A program made the translations under genes and the position numbers. Positions 28,070-37,743 of a DNA stretch of 46,713 nt are shown piece after piece (positions within the stretch are counted from its first letter, which is position 1; the number at the start of each line of letters is the position of its first letter). The stretch lies in the sequence record SRR2962707_2686. One strand, 5' to 3'. The notes below the pieces were generated by a model, which was not told the origin of the DNA, did no database searches, and saw only the letters and a program-made list of their open reading frames with translations.

Positions 28070-30588
28070 CAGCCGGCTCCGTTGCCGTTGGTGGCCGACT
28101 GCTGGCGCACGGCGCCAAGCGCCTCAAGCACATCCTTCTGCGAGGTCATGCTCAGGTCGATGACTTCACGGGCTTGCTCCACATAGTAAGCCAGTTGTTC
28201 GTCGCTGCGTGCGGTGGCCTGTTCCAGCGCGGTTTCCACCCGCTGAAGATGATCCACCAGCTTGTCATTGGCGTCGCTGAACAGCTGCACGGCGACGGAG
28301 AACGCCTCGCTGAGGCTGGCCACTTCATGGGCGCCGCCGGTGACGTCCGACGTCACTTCATCCAGCTTGCGGCTTTGTTCGTCCACCTGCTGCGAAAAGG
28401 CGTCGCTGACGGTTTTGAGGATATCTCCGGAATCGCGGATCAGGCTTTCCACCGCCTCGCGTTGGGCGGCGGCGGTTTCACGCTGGGCGGCCAGCAGGGT
28501 TTCCAGCTCCGCCATGATACGCCGGCGCTCCTCCAGCATTTCGTTGTCGCGTTCACTGCCGCGGGCCATCTCCTCGCGCAGCTGGCTGATCACTTCGGCG
28601 GCGGCCTTGGGCGTCTCCGAAGCGGTTTCGATCAGTCTCGTCATGGGCGCTTCCAGAGCCGCGCCCAGGTCGCCGAGATGGCGGGTAACCGTGGTTTCCA
28701 GTTCGGCCAGCCGCGCGGTGGCGGTTTCGCCGCGCCGGGCTTCTTCATCGCGCAGCGCGGACAGGGCCTCGCCAGTATCCGCTATCAGTTTCTCCAGGCC
28801 GCCGCGCTGTTGCGCTATAAGCGTCTCGGCGGCGTTCTGGAATTGCGCATTGTGGCTTTGCAGTGTCTGGGTGATGTTCTCAATCAGGCCCGCGGCGGAA
28901 CGCTGCTGTTGATTCAGGCCGTGGCGCCAATGTTCGGCGGTTTGCTCGGTGGTGGCCTGGAAGCGCTCGGCCAGTGTCGCCAACTGCTGCTCGCCGGTGT
29001 TTTGCAGCTGCTGGTGGTGCTCGCGAGTCTGCTCCAGCAATGCAGTGCTATGTTGGTGGAAAGTGTCGTTGTGGTCCTTCAGGGTGGCGCCAAGGGTCTC
29101 CGCCAGGTGGGCGTTGGTTTGCTGCTGCTGGTTCAGGCCATCTCGCCACAGTTCCGCCGCTTGCTCGGTGGTGGTCTGGAAGCGCTCGGCCAGCGCCGTC
29201 AATTGCGTCTCACCGGCCCGCTGCAAATGCTGATGATGCTCTTTCGCCTGAGCCAGCAGAAGTTCGCTTTGTTCACGGAAGCGTTCGCTATGCGCCCGCA
29301 GCGCTTCGGCTACTTGTTCCGTCAACTGGCGGCTGTGTTGTTGCTGTTCGCCAAGACCGGATTGCCAGACCCGGGCGGCCTGCTCGGTGGTGGCCTGGAA
29401 GTGTTCGGCCAGTTCCGATAATTGTTGCTTGCCCGTTTCGCGCAGTTGCTGATGGTGCTCCCGCGTCTGTGCCAGCAGTTCGCTGCTGTGTTGTTCGAAG
29501 CGGCTGTTGTGCGCCTTGAGCGCGGCGTCGATATCGGCGGCCAGTTTGGCGCTGGTCTGTTGTTGCTCGGCAAGCCCCTGGCGCCAATGCAAGGCGGCTT
29601 GTTCGGTGGTGCTCTGGAAGCGTTCCGCCAGGGCGCCGAGTTGGCGCTCGCTGATCTCGCTGAGCGCTTGGTGGGTGCTTTCCGCCTGCTGCCCAAGGCG
29701 GGCCATGGCCACTTCCACGATCGGGCGGGTGCTCTCCGCCGCGATGCGGCCGCTGTCCGCCAGACTTTGTTTCAGGGTCTCGCTGACCGAACGGGCCAGT
29801 TGTTGGTAGTGGCCGCTGACATTGTCGTGGAATTGCTGCTGGTTTTGCGTCAAGGCACCGCTGACCTGCTCGCTCATGTGTTCCATGCGTTCGGCAAGAT
29901 GACCCAGTTGGGCGACCACTTCGGGGAAGGCGGCGGACTGCTCCCGCAACGCCTGGTAAGTGTCGCGCTGTTGCTGGCCGATCGAGAAGGCACGCAGTTC
30001 CGTGGCGATATGACCGTCCAGCTCGCGGCCGGCCACAATCCGGTCACGGCGGCTCAGGGCGGCGGCCAGACCCAGCATGGCGGAGCTGGCGACACCGGCG
30101 ATGGAAGTGCCGAACGCCAGACTCATGCCGCTGATCGGCGCGGCCAGCGCATTACGGATGGCGTGCAGCTCGCTGCCGCCTTCCAGGGCGGTAACGGCAC
30201 CGCGCAGAGTCACGATCATGCCGATGAAGGTGCCGAGCAGGCCGAGCATGACCAGCAGCCCGGAGAGGTAAGGGGTCAGCATCGGGCCGGGCAGGGCAGC
30301 CGGTTCCCCTTCCACCCGGCGGCGTACCGTGCCGCGCAGGGAGGCCGGCAGGCCGGCGAGCCACTGACTCAGGCTTTCCGGGCTGCCCGGCAGTTGCCCC
30401 AGGCTCTGGCGCATTTGATCGGTGGCGCGGCGAAACTGCCGCAGTTCCAGAAAGCCCAGCCCATAGACCAGCGCGATCAGCAAGGTGGCGGTCAGCGCCA
30501 CCAGGTCGGTGCCGAGAAAGCCCAGGCCCACCCAGATCACCGTGATGGCGCCCAGAATGAAGGTCAGCGCGAAAAGAAAACGTGTCAT
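28069..30588 (-). CDS. zorA: ZorA-like MotA-domain protein with long repetitive helical tail (DUF802-like)
   Basis: TM region with LVMLGLLGTFIGM and AFGTSIAG; >600-aa Q/E/A-rich tail; ATG at 30588 overlaps the upstream stop. Confidence 0.8.
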   Translation of the reverse strand: MTRFLFALTFILGAITVIWVGLGFLGTDLVALTATLLIALVYGLGFLELRQFRRATDQMRQSLGQLPGSPESLSQWLAGLPASLRGTVRRRVEGEPAALPGPMLTPYLSGLLVMLGLLGTFIGMIVTLRGAVTALEGGSELHAIRNALAAPISGMSLAFGTSIAGVASSAMLGLAAALSRRDRIVAGRELDGHIATELRAFSIGQQQRDTYQALREQSAAFPEVVAQLGHLAERMEHMSEQVSGALTQNQQQFHDNVSGHYQQLARSVSETLKQSLADSGRIAAESTRPIVEVAMARLGQQAESTHQALSEISERQLGALAERFQSTTEQAALHWRQGLAEQQQTSAKLAADIDAALKAHNSRFEQHSSELLAQTREHHQQLRETGKQQLSELAEHFQATTEQAARVWQSGLGEQQQHSRQLTEQVAEALRAHSERFREQSELLLAQAKEHHQHLQRAGETQLTALAERFQTTTEQAAELWRDGLNQQQQTNAHLAETLGATLKDHNDTFHQHSTALLEQTREHHQQLQNTGEQQLATLAERFQATTEQTAEHWRHGLNQQQRSAAGLIENITQTLQSHNAQFQNAAETLIAQQRGGLEKLIADTGEALSALRDEEARRGETATARLAELETTVTRHLGDLGAALEAPMTRLIETASETPKAAAEVISQLREEMARGSERDNEMLEERRRIMAELETLLAAQRETAAAQREAVESLIRDSGDILKTVSDAFSQQVDEQSRKLDEVTSDVTGGAHEVASLSEAFSVAVQLFSDANDKLVDHLQRVETALEQATARSDEQLAYYVEQAREVIDLSMTSQKDVLEALGAVRQQSATNGNGAG
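28800..29646 (-). repeat. Four tandem 219-bp (73-aa) repeats within zorA
   Basis: Motif LAE(R/H)FQxTTEQxAxxWxxGLxxQQ recurs every 219 bp (near 28944, 29163, 29382, 29601). Confidence 0.9.
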
Positions 30589-31346
30589 TGCGGGAGTGGT
30601 TCCTCGTGATTCAATGCGTCCAGCAGGCCTTGCACCGGTTCCAACCGGGTTTCCAGCTCGGCCAGCAGCAACGTCTGCATTTCCTGTCGAAACTGGTGTA
30701 ACCAGCCCCCCGGCGCCACCCAGGCGTCGGCCGGATCGGGCTGATCTTCCGGTTGTTGATTGCGGTGCGCCCGCCAAAGAGAGCGAAAGCGTTTGCCCAG
30801 CACCATCGGTATGGCGGCGAAGCAGTAACGGCCATAGCTGGCCAGAGTGTTGTCGAACACCGTGTCGAGCACGGCGAGCTGGGCGAGAGTGTGATTCTGG
30901 GCGGCGAAGCCGTCACGCAGGCGTTGCCGCAGATACTGGATGGCGGTGATCAGCTGTCTCTGATGAGACAGGTAAAAACGTTCATAGGGTTTGAACACCG
31001 GTGGCGTTTCGACGGTCCGCGGCAGCCGCAGCTTCACCTTGGCCTCGCCGGGATCGAAACTCAGCGTGATGCCGCTGATGAGGGTATCACGGGTCTGGTT
31101 GAAGTCCGCCCGGAGACGTTCCGTCAGACCTTCTTCGGGGCGGAATGGCCCCATGGACTGGTACTTATAGGCGGCGTCCAGCGCAATGGTATCGGACAGG
31201 TCAAACAACCGGCCCATGCGCTCCGCGAAGCAGGCGTGAGCATCAAGGCCGGTGCCGTTGCCCAGTGCGGCCACCAGCTGTACCAGTCGGGCGCTGGGAG
31301 GAGCCGGTTGCGCTTTTTTTTGCGTCCTGTGCGTGTTGTTGCTCAT
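30585..31346 (-). CDS. DUF3348-like protein (Zorya type III accessory, ZorF-like)
   Basis: F.PY.R.Y..HQR, LAQLAVLD and W...FRQEMQ.LLLAEL..RL.PV.GL..AL; first gene of the operon. Confidence 0.75.
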   Translation of the reverse strand: MSNNTHRTQKKAQPAPPSARLVQLVAALGNGTGLDAHACFAERMGRLFDLSDTIALDAAYKYQSMGPFRPEEGLTERLRADFNQTRDTLISGITLSFDPGEAKVKLRLPRTVETPPVFKPYERFYLSHQRQLITAIQYLRQRLRDGFAAQNHTLAQLAVLDTVFDNTLASYGRYCFAAIPMVLGKRFRSLWRAHRNQQPEDQPDPADAWVAPGGWLHQFRQEMQTLLLAELETRLEPVQGLLDALNHEEPLPQ

Positions 31347-31467
31347 GGGCCGCCGTGGCTAGGAAAAAGGTATGACCATGCCGTCGCCTGATGCGACGGG
31401 AAACCGCCCATTCTAATCAACTGCGGCGGCCCCACCAATCCTGCGGATGCCTGAGTCGGGTTGGCGG

Positions 31468-32679
31468 TCAGCCGGGATCGTTGGCGGCGGGCATGCTAAC
31501 CACGCCCTGGGCCCGCAGAGCGTCGATAGCACTATCGGTGAAGCCGGCTTCCCTGAGCACGGCCCGGCTGTCATTGCCGAGGCGCGGCGCCGGCCGATCC
31601 GGTTGCGTCGGGGCATTGATGAAGCGCAACGGGTGGCGGGTGGCGAGCAGCTTCCCTTCGCTGGGGTGATCCACCTGTTGAAAGAAGCCCACCGCGCGTA
31701 AATGGGGGTCGGCGAGCAGGTCTTCCAGCGTATTTACCGGGCCGCAAGGGATATCCCGTTCCTTCAGCGCGGTCAGCCAGTACTGGTTGTCATGAGATGG
31801 CATGCACTCCGCCACGACCTGATACAGCTCGCCGATGCGCTCGCTGCGGCGGGCCGGATGCATGACCCATTCCGCTCTGGCCAGATCGTCCCGGCCCACC
31901 AGGTCGAGAAAGCGTTGCCAGTGACGGGAAGTATAGGGCAGTACCGCGATATAGCCGTCGGCGGTTTGATAGGGGCGCCGGTAGGGCGTCATCAGGCGGT
32001 CGTAGCGCAATGATCCCCGCGGTGGTTCGAAGACGTGGCCAGCAAGGTGTTCGGCCAGCAGGAAGGAAACCAGGCTTTCGAACATCGGCGCTTCCACCGC
32101 ACCGCCCTGGCCGGTGCGTTCCCTCTGCAACAGAGCCGCGGCGATTCCGACGGTGGCGTACAGGCCGGCTACCTTGTCCGCCAGGACCGTGGGGGCGAAG
32201 GCCGGAGGTAAGTCGGGTGTGTGGTTCAGCGAAGCCAGTCCGCTGATTGCCTGCATGATGTCGTCGTAGGCCGGGTCGTCGGCGTAAGGGCCGTCGCCAC
32301 CGAATCCGACCGCGGCGCAATATACCAGGCGTGGATTGAGCGGGCCGAGAGTGTCGTGGTCGATCCCCAGTTTTCTGGCCGCGGCTGGGCGGATGTTGTG
32401 CAACAGCACATCCGCCCTGGCCACCAGTTTGTGCAGCGTGGCCTGCCCCTGAGCGGTTTTCAGATCCAGCACCAGCGACCGTTTATTGCGGTTCAGATTG
32501 AGAAAGCCGGCGCCCATGCCCGGGTGCCGGGCCGGTGCGGCGGCGCGAAAAATATCTCCCTCCGGTGATTCCACTTTGATGACCTCGGCGCCCAGGTCGG
32601 CAAGAAGCTGGGAAGCGAAAGGGCCCAGCACCACGGTGCTCAGATCCAGCACCGTTATGCCTTTAAGCAACTCGAACAT
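31468..32679 (-). CDS. CaiB/BaiF family CoA transferase
   Basis: GPFASQLLADLGAEVIKVE, NRNKRS and AYDDIMQA.SG. Confidence 0.92.
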   Translation of the reverse strand: MFELLKGITVLDLSTVVLGPFASQLLADLGAEVIKVESPEGDIFRAAAPARHPGMGAGFLNLNRNKRSLVLDLKTAQGQATLHKLVARADVLLHNIRPAAARKLGIDHDTLGPLNPRLVYCAAVGFGGDGPYADDPAYDDIMQAISGLASLNHTPDLPPAFAPTVLADKVAGLYATVGIAAALLQRERTGQGGAVEAPMFESLVSFLLAEHLAGHVFEPPRGSLRYDRLMTPYRRPYQTADGYIAVLPYTSRHWQRFLDLVGRDDLARAEWVMHPARRSERIGELYQVVAECMPSHDNQYWLTALKERDIPCGPVNTLEDLLADPHLRAVGFFQQVDHPSEGKLLATRHPLRFINAPTQPDRPAPRLGNDSRAVLREAGFTDSAIDALRAQGVVSMPAANDPG

Positions 32680-32799
32680 GGCATTTCCTCACTGCATTGC
32701 CGATGTTCGGAAGGCGCCTTCATCGTCATCGGCGGGGATGATTTTTTTATTCAGTCTTGCATGGTGAGGCTTATTCGTGCAACGCTATTTTGAATCAAA

Positions 32800-32816
32800 G
32801 GTTCACACAGTGAACC
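32800..32816. promoter_or_regulatory. Perfect palindrome, probable IclR operator
   Basis: GGTTCAC-ACA-GTGAACC between the divergent CoA-transferase and IclR genes. Confidence 0.65.
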
Positions 32817-32855
32817 AGCATTGAAAGCCAATGGTATTCAAAAAGAGTGAGGCGC

Positions 32856-33614
32856 ATGGGATACGCACCGGTATCGGCGGTCCTGAAAGGACTGAAAGTG
32901 TTGGAAGTGGTGAATCGTCTGGGGCCGGCAAGCCTGCGCGACATCACCGATGCCACCGGCCTGCCCAAGGCGTCCACGCTGCGGTTGCTCGATACCCTGC
33001 AGCATGCCGGCTATGTCTCGGTAATGAACGAAAGCCGCCGCTACATCGTCACCGCCCGGGTCTTGTCCCTGTCCAACAATTTCCGTCCGGACGACGCGCT
33101 TCTCGCGGCCGCCGTTCCGGTATTGAAAGCGTTGCGTGATAGAACCGGCTGGCCATCGGATCTGGGTATCTATCAGCACGGCAAGATGGTGATCGCCGAT
33201 ACCAACCGGCAGCCGGGCGCCTTTTCAATGAATCGTTCGGTGGGATCGCGGGTGTCCATGACCACCACTTCGCTTGGCAAGGTCTACATGGCGTTTTGTC
33301 CGGAGCCGGAACGGGAACAGATACTTCAGCACTTGTCACGGCTTGATGATCCGGATGAGAACGGCGCTCTGAAAGGCGAAAAAATCGAGCGTTTGCTGAA
33401 AAAAATTCGCAAGCAGGGGTATGCCACGAGCGATCAGGAACAAGGCAAGAGTATTCGGGCGGTGGCGGTGCCGGTGCTGCTAGGCGACCGGGTCGCGTGC
33501 TCGTTCAATGTCATCGTGCCAGCTCAAGTGATGTCGATGGAGCAGGCGGTAACCGACTATGTGCCATTGATCAGCAGCGCGGCCCGGGAGATTGAACAAC
33601 GTATTCAGGGATAG
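32856..33614 (+). CDS. IclR-family transcriptional regulator
   Basis: HTH TGLPKASTLRLLDTL; TSLGK; IRKQGYA; AVAVPV. Confidence 0.9.
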   Translation: MGYAPVSAVLKGLKVLEVVNRLGPASLRDITDATGLPKASTLRLLDTLQHAGYVSVMNESRRYIVTARVLSLSNNFRPDDALLAAAVPVLKALRDRTGWPSDLGIYQHGKMVIADTNRQPGAFSMNRSVGSRVSMTTTSLGKVYMAFCPEPEREQILQHLSRLDDPDENGALKGEKIERLLKKIRKQGYATSDQEQGKSIRAVAVPVLLGDRVACSFNVIVPAQVMSMEQAVTDYVPLISSAAREIEQRIQG

Positions 33615-33720
33615 GCCGGCCGTGGCCGGGCATCACCATGGTGAAGGAGAGGTAACGTGATCGAGGCCTTGCTGTTTCAGGCTCGGCCGAATCAAAACAA
33701 CGCACGATAAAGGTGACGTA

Positions 33721-34671
33721 ATGAAAATAACAACGTCGATTTTGCGAAAACAGCTCCCGTTCTGGGGGTTGATGCTGACTCTTCTGTCCACGCCCTTGGC
33801 TCAGGCACGGGACATGACCCTGGCGGATTCGTTTCCTTTGGATCATTACTTGTCCAGGGAAGGCACGGTGTATTGGATGCGGAGAGTCACCGAACTGACC
33901 GGGGGTGATCTGTCCTTCCAGCATTATCCGGCGGAGCAGATCGCCAAGGCCTCGGAGATCATGCGCCGGGTTCAGGATGGCGTGGTGGATGTAGGGTACG
34001 TGGGCATTGGTTATGTCAGTGATCGCATGCCCCTGAATGGCGCCACCATGCTGCCCGGGGTGGTGCGCGACTCGAGGCGCGCGAGCCTGGCGTACTGGTC
34101 CGAATTACAAGATCCGGACAGTGTTTACCGGAAGGAGTTTGACAAAAACGGGCTGGTACCCGTGTTCGCGGTACTGTTGCCGCCTTACCAGGTAGTACTG
34201 AACAGGCAGGCCATCGACTCGCCTGGAGATTTCAAGGGATTGAATCTGCGCTCCTCCGGTAGTCTGGACCTGGCGGTGCAGGCGCTGGGCGCGTCACCGG
34301 TCTCCATGGCGGCGCCGGATATCTATCTGGCTCTGCAAAGAGGAACGCTGGACGGCACGCTGTTGCCGGTGACGAGTATCACCCCCTATCGGGTCGACGA
34401 GGTGACCTCCAGTGTCTCCACCAATGGTGCCTTCGGCAGTTTCGCCATCACCGTCGCCATGAACGCCAGTCGCTATGAGGCCCTTAGTGACGCCCAGAAG
34501 CATGCCATCCGACAGGCGGGCGACGAGACCGTTCGACATCTGAGCGAATACGAGGCGGAACAAGTGGATCAACTGCTGACGCATTTCAAGAACGAGGACA
34601 TTGACGTATACGCCTTCTCCGACGCCACCTTGCAGTCCATGGAGCATGCCCTCGAACAAAACCGCCGGTAA
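33721..34671 (+). CDS. dctP: TRAP transporter substrate-binding protein DctP (possibly C-terminally clipped)
   Basis: Signal peptide; DFKGLNLR, LGASPV and YLALQRGTLDG. Confidence 0.85.
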   Translation: MKITTSILRKQLPFWGLMLTLLSTPLAQARDMTLADSFPLDHYLSREGTVYWMRRVTELTGGDLSFQHYPAEQIAKASEIMRRVQDGVVDVGYVGIGYVSDRMPLNGATMLPGVVRDSRRASLAYWSELQDPDSVYRKEFDKNGLVPVFAVLLPPYQVVLNRQAIDSPGDFKGLNLRSSGSLDLAVQALGASPVSMAAPDIYLALQRGTLDGTLLPVTSITPYRVDEVTSSVSTNGAFGSFAITVAMNASRYEALSDAQKHAIRQAGDETVRHLSEYEAEQVDQLLTHFKNEDIDVYAFSDATLQSMEHALEQNRR

Positions 34672-35213
34672 TGCCGATGTCCCGGTATTTGAAGTTGTTG
34701 GAGCAGAGCCTGGCGGCCATTGCCGTTGCCGCGGTGCTGGCGATGATGTTACTGGTGAGCCTGGACGTGATCGCCCGTTACCTTTTCAAGGCACCGTTGA
34801 CCTTTCAATACAATCTGACCGAAGACTATCTGATGGTCATTATGGTGGCGCTGGCTCTGCCATGGGCGGAGAGGCGCGGTGTCTTCATTCGCCTGACGCC
34901 GTTTCATCGTTTCATGAGCCCGGCGGTGCGTCGATGTCTGTACGCGTTCAATAATCTGCTGGTCGCCTTGATGTTGCTGGCGATGACCTAGTACGCCGGT
35001 GAGCGGGTATGGACTGACTGGCAGGAACAGAGGGTGATTTTCGGCGTGATCGACTGGCCGGTGTGGCTGTCCCATGTCTGGGTGCCGATTGGAACCTTGG
35101 CGCTTTCCCTGCGACTGTTGACCAATGCCTGCCTGTATTTGCTGGGCGTGACACCAGTACCATCGCCGCCGTCCCTGGATGAGATGCAGCAGGGCGGGGA
35201 GGCGTTGCGATGA
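34671..35213 (+). pseudogene. dctQ: TRAP small permease DctQ interrupted by an in-frame TAG
   Basis: DVIARYLF motif. TAG at 34989-34991; the frame continues (YAGERVW...WPVW...PIG) to TGA at 35213, which overlaps the dctM ATG. Confidence 0.85.
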
Positions 35214-36496
35214 TTCTCTTGATCGGAGTCGGCCTGCTTGTCGTTCTGCTGTTGATGGAAATGCCGATCGCCTTCGCGATGATGGTGGCGGCGACCGTGG
35301 GACTGTGGCTGGTGGGCGGGGAGCTCATGGTGCACAGCTATTTGGCGGATGCCTTTCACAATGTCACCGCCTCCTACACCATGCTGACTATTCCCATGTT
35401 CGTGCTGATGGCCCAGTACATGGCTCAGAGCGGCATGGCCAGGGATATCATCACCTGTAGCGATACCTGGTTGCGGCGGCTCAATGGTGGTTTGGGCATG
35501 GCGTGCGTGTTCGCCAGCGCCTTCATGGCGGCGATCATCGGCTCCAGCACCGCTTCCTGCGCCACCATGTCCTCGGCGGCTTTTCCCTCCATGCGTGACA
35601 GCGGCTATGACCGCCGGATTTCGGTGGGCATAATCGCCATCGCCGGCACTCTGGCGATTATGATCCCGCCCAGTATCGTGCTGATTATTTACGGCATTCT
35701 GACACAGCAATCCGTGGGTAAATTACTAATCGCCGGCCTGGTGCCGGGGCTTCTTACCGCTGCCGGCTATATCCTCACCATCTGGGTCCTCAGTAAGCGG
35801 CGTCCGGATCTGGTGCCCAAACCCACGGCGTTTGATATGCGCGACGCAATGAAGTCATTGCGTCCGGTCTGGCCCGCCATGCTGTTGATGGTGGTGACCA
35901 TTGGCGGCCTGTACAGCGGTCTGGCCACGCCGACGGAAATCGGCGCGGTGGGCTCGCTGGCGGCCCTGGCCATCGTGTTGATGATGCGGCGTATCGATAA
36001 GCGGCGTTTCACCAGTGCCATGACTGAAACACTGGGGACCACGGTGATGATCATCACGATCATCATCGGGGCCATGATGTTCGGGTACTTTCTCACCCTG
36101 ACTCAGGCCACCCAATCTCTCATCGCCATGATCAACGACGCCAACCTGTCGCCTTGGGCGGTGTTGCTGACCCTGGTGGTGATCTATCTGGTGCTGGGCA
36201 TGCTCATGGACCAGATGGCGATTCTGGTATTGACCGTACCGGTAACCTTCGCGCTGATCACCCAACTGGGCTTCGACGGTATCTGGTATGGCATCGTCAT
36301 AACAAAGACCGTGGAAATTGGTCTGGTGACGCCGCCACTCGGACTCAATGTGTTTATCACTTCTGGTATTACCCGGGTGCCGGTGGCGGAGTGTTTTCGT
36401 GGCGTGGCTCCTTTCGTTCTGGTGGATTTGCTGATTCTCGGATTGCTTCTGGCGTTTCCGGAGATCAGCCTGTTCCTGCCCGGCCTTATGAAATAG
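35210..36496 (+). CDS. dctM: TRAP large permease DctM
   Basis: IPMFVLM, GTLAIMIPPSIV, ATPTE and EIGLVTPPLG. Confidence 0.92.
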   Translation: MILLIGVGLLVVLLLMEMPIAFAMMVAATVGLWLVGGELMVHSYLADAFHNVTASYTMLTIPMFVLMAQYMAQSGMARDIITCSDTWLRRLNGGLGMACVFASAFMAAIIGSSTASCATMSSAAFPSMRDSGYDRRISVGIIAIAGTLAIMIPPSIVLIIYGILTQQSVGKLLIAGLVPGLLTAAGYILTIWVLSKRRPDLVPKPTAFDMRDAMKSLRPVWPAMLLMVVTIGGLYSGLATPTEIGAVGSLAALAIVLMMRRIDKRRFTSAMTETLGTTVMIITIIIGAMMFGYFLTLTQATQSLIAMINDANLSPWAVLLTLVVIYLVLGMLMDQMAILVLTVPVTFALITQLGFDGIWYGIVITKTVEIGLVTPPLGLNVFITSGITRVPVAECFRGVAPFVLVDLLILGLLLAFPEISLFLPGLMK

Positions 36497-36517
36497 TGAA
36501 TGACATAGGAAACCGTG

Positions 36518-37720
36518 ATGAATTTTGATCTCCCCGAAGAACTGGTGACACTGCGTGACGCCGTTACCGATGTTTGTGAAAAGCACCTGATTCCCGGCAT
36601 CAAGGATTTCGAGGAGCGGGAAGAGTTTGCTTACCCTCTGATCCGGGAGATGGGGAAAGCCGGCCTGTTCGGCGCGCCGTTTCCGGAAGAACTGGGCGGT
36701 AGTGCCGCCGGCTTTCTGGCGGTGTCGGTGATCGCCGAGGAAATTTCCCGGCTGGCGCCGGAATTCGGTTACGCCATGAACATGCAATCGATGACCTGCC
36801 CCTACACCATCTACAACTGGGGCACGGAAGAGCAGGCGCGGCGATTCGTGCCGGGATTGATTGCTGGTGAACAGATTGGCATGTTCGCCCTGTCCGAAGA
36901 AGGCAGTGGCTCCGATCCGGCCGGTTCCATGCGCACCGTGGCCAGGCGTGATGGCGACGTGTACCGCCTGAACGGTTCGAAAATGTGGATTACTTTTTCC
37001 CATGCCACTGATGTGGGGGTGTTGTTTGCCAAAACCGACCCGCACGCCGATCCGGCGCATACCGGGATTACCGCGTTCATCGTGCAGCCGAAGCTATTCG
37101 AGGGCTACAGCGCGCAACCCATCGAATTGCCGGGCCTGTCCAGATCGCTGCGCAGTTGCACCGTGTTTCTGGATGACTTCGTGGTGCCGGTGGAGAATCG
37201 CCTGGGTGAGGAGGGTGAGGGGTTCCGCATCGCCATGAACGCTCTGGAGTACGGCCGTCTGACCGTCAGCGGCCGGTTGACCGGTCTGGCGCAGTCCGCT
37301 CTGGATGTGGCGCGAAATTACGCCAACGAGCGCATCATTGACGGTAAGCCGATCGCCCGCTTCCAGTTGATTCAGGAGCGCATCGCCGATGCCACGGTGG
37401 CGGTGGAGGCGGCGCGTCTGATGTCGCATCGGGTGGGTTGGACCATGGACCAGGGGCGGGTGTCGACCCGGGTGGCGTCCCGTGCCAAATACTTCGCCAC
37501 TCAGGCGGCGCGCCTGGCCGGGGATGTGGCACGGGAAGTCCTGGGAGGCAATGCCTTGACCGCGGAATACCCGGTCAAGAAGATCAACGCTTACATTGAC
37601 ATGCTGACGGTGGGAGAGGGATCCGAGAACGTGCAGCGGGTGCTGATTGGCGAGGACTCCCTGGGTATCAAGGATGCCACTCGGCACGCCATGCGTAACC
37701 GCTTCGCGGGAATGTTGTAG
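36518..37720 (+). CDS. Acyl-CoA dehydrogenase family protein
   Basis: FALSE..SGSD, LNGSKMWIT, FQLIQ..IAD and GEGSENVQR. Confidence 0.92.
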   Translation: MNFDLPEELVTLRDAVTDVCEKHLIPGIKDFEEREEFAYPLIREMGKAGLFGAPFPEELGGSAAGFLAVSVIAEEISRLAPEFGYAMNMQSMTCPYTIYNWGTEEQARRFVPGLIAGEQIGMFALSEEGSGSDPAGSMRTVARRDGDVYRLNGSKMWITFSHATDVGVLFAKTDPHADPAHTGITAFIVQPKLFEGYSAQPIELPGLSRSLRSCTVFLDDFVVPVENRLGEEGEGFRIAMNALEYGRLTVSGRLTGLAQSALDVARNYANERIIDGKPIARFQLIQERIADATVAVEAARLMSHRVGWTMDQGRVSTRVASRAKYFATQAARLAGDVAREVLGGNALTAEYPVKKINAYIDMLTVGEGSENVQRVLIGEDSLGIKDATRHAMRNRFAGML

Positions 37721-37743
37721 CGCCGGTGGTGTGGAAGGCCGCA

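Noticed and set aside
28800-29646. CRISPR-like periodicity
   Set aside because: The repeats are degenerate, in-frame 219-bp coding units with no unique spacers and no cas genes.
27428-30588. Flagellar motAB or TolQR/ExbBD interpretation
   Set aside because: The very long tail and flanking DUF genes fit Zorya; there is no flagellar or TonB context.
27997-30609. Long + strand ORFs (474 and 395 aa) antisense to zorA
   Set aside because: Shadow ORFs typical of GC-rich coding DNA; no motifs.
30589-30777. N-terminal extension of the 902-aa ZorA ORF
   Set aside because: Overlaps the upstream gene; the ATG at 30588, coupled to the upstream stop, is the better start.
34989-34991. Programmed amber recoding (pyrrolysine) in dctQ
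   Set aside because: No pyl genes in the window; a TGG-to-TAG mutation or sequencing error is far more parsimonious.
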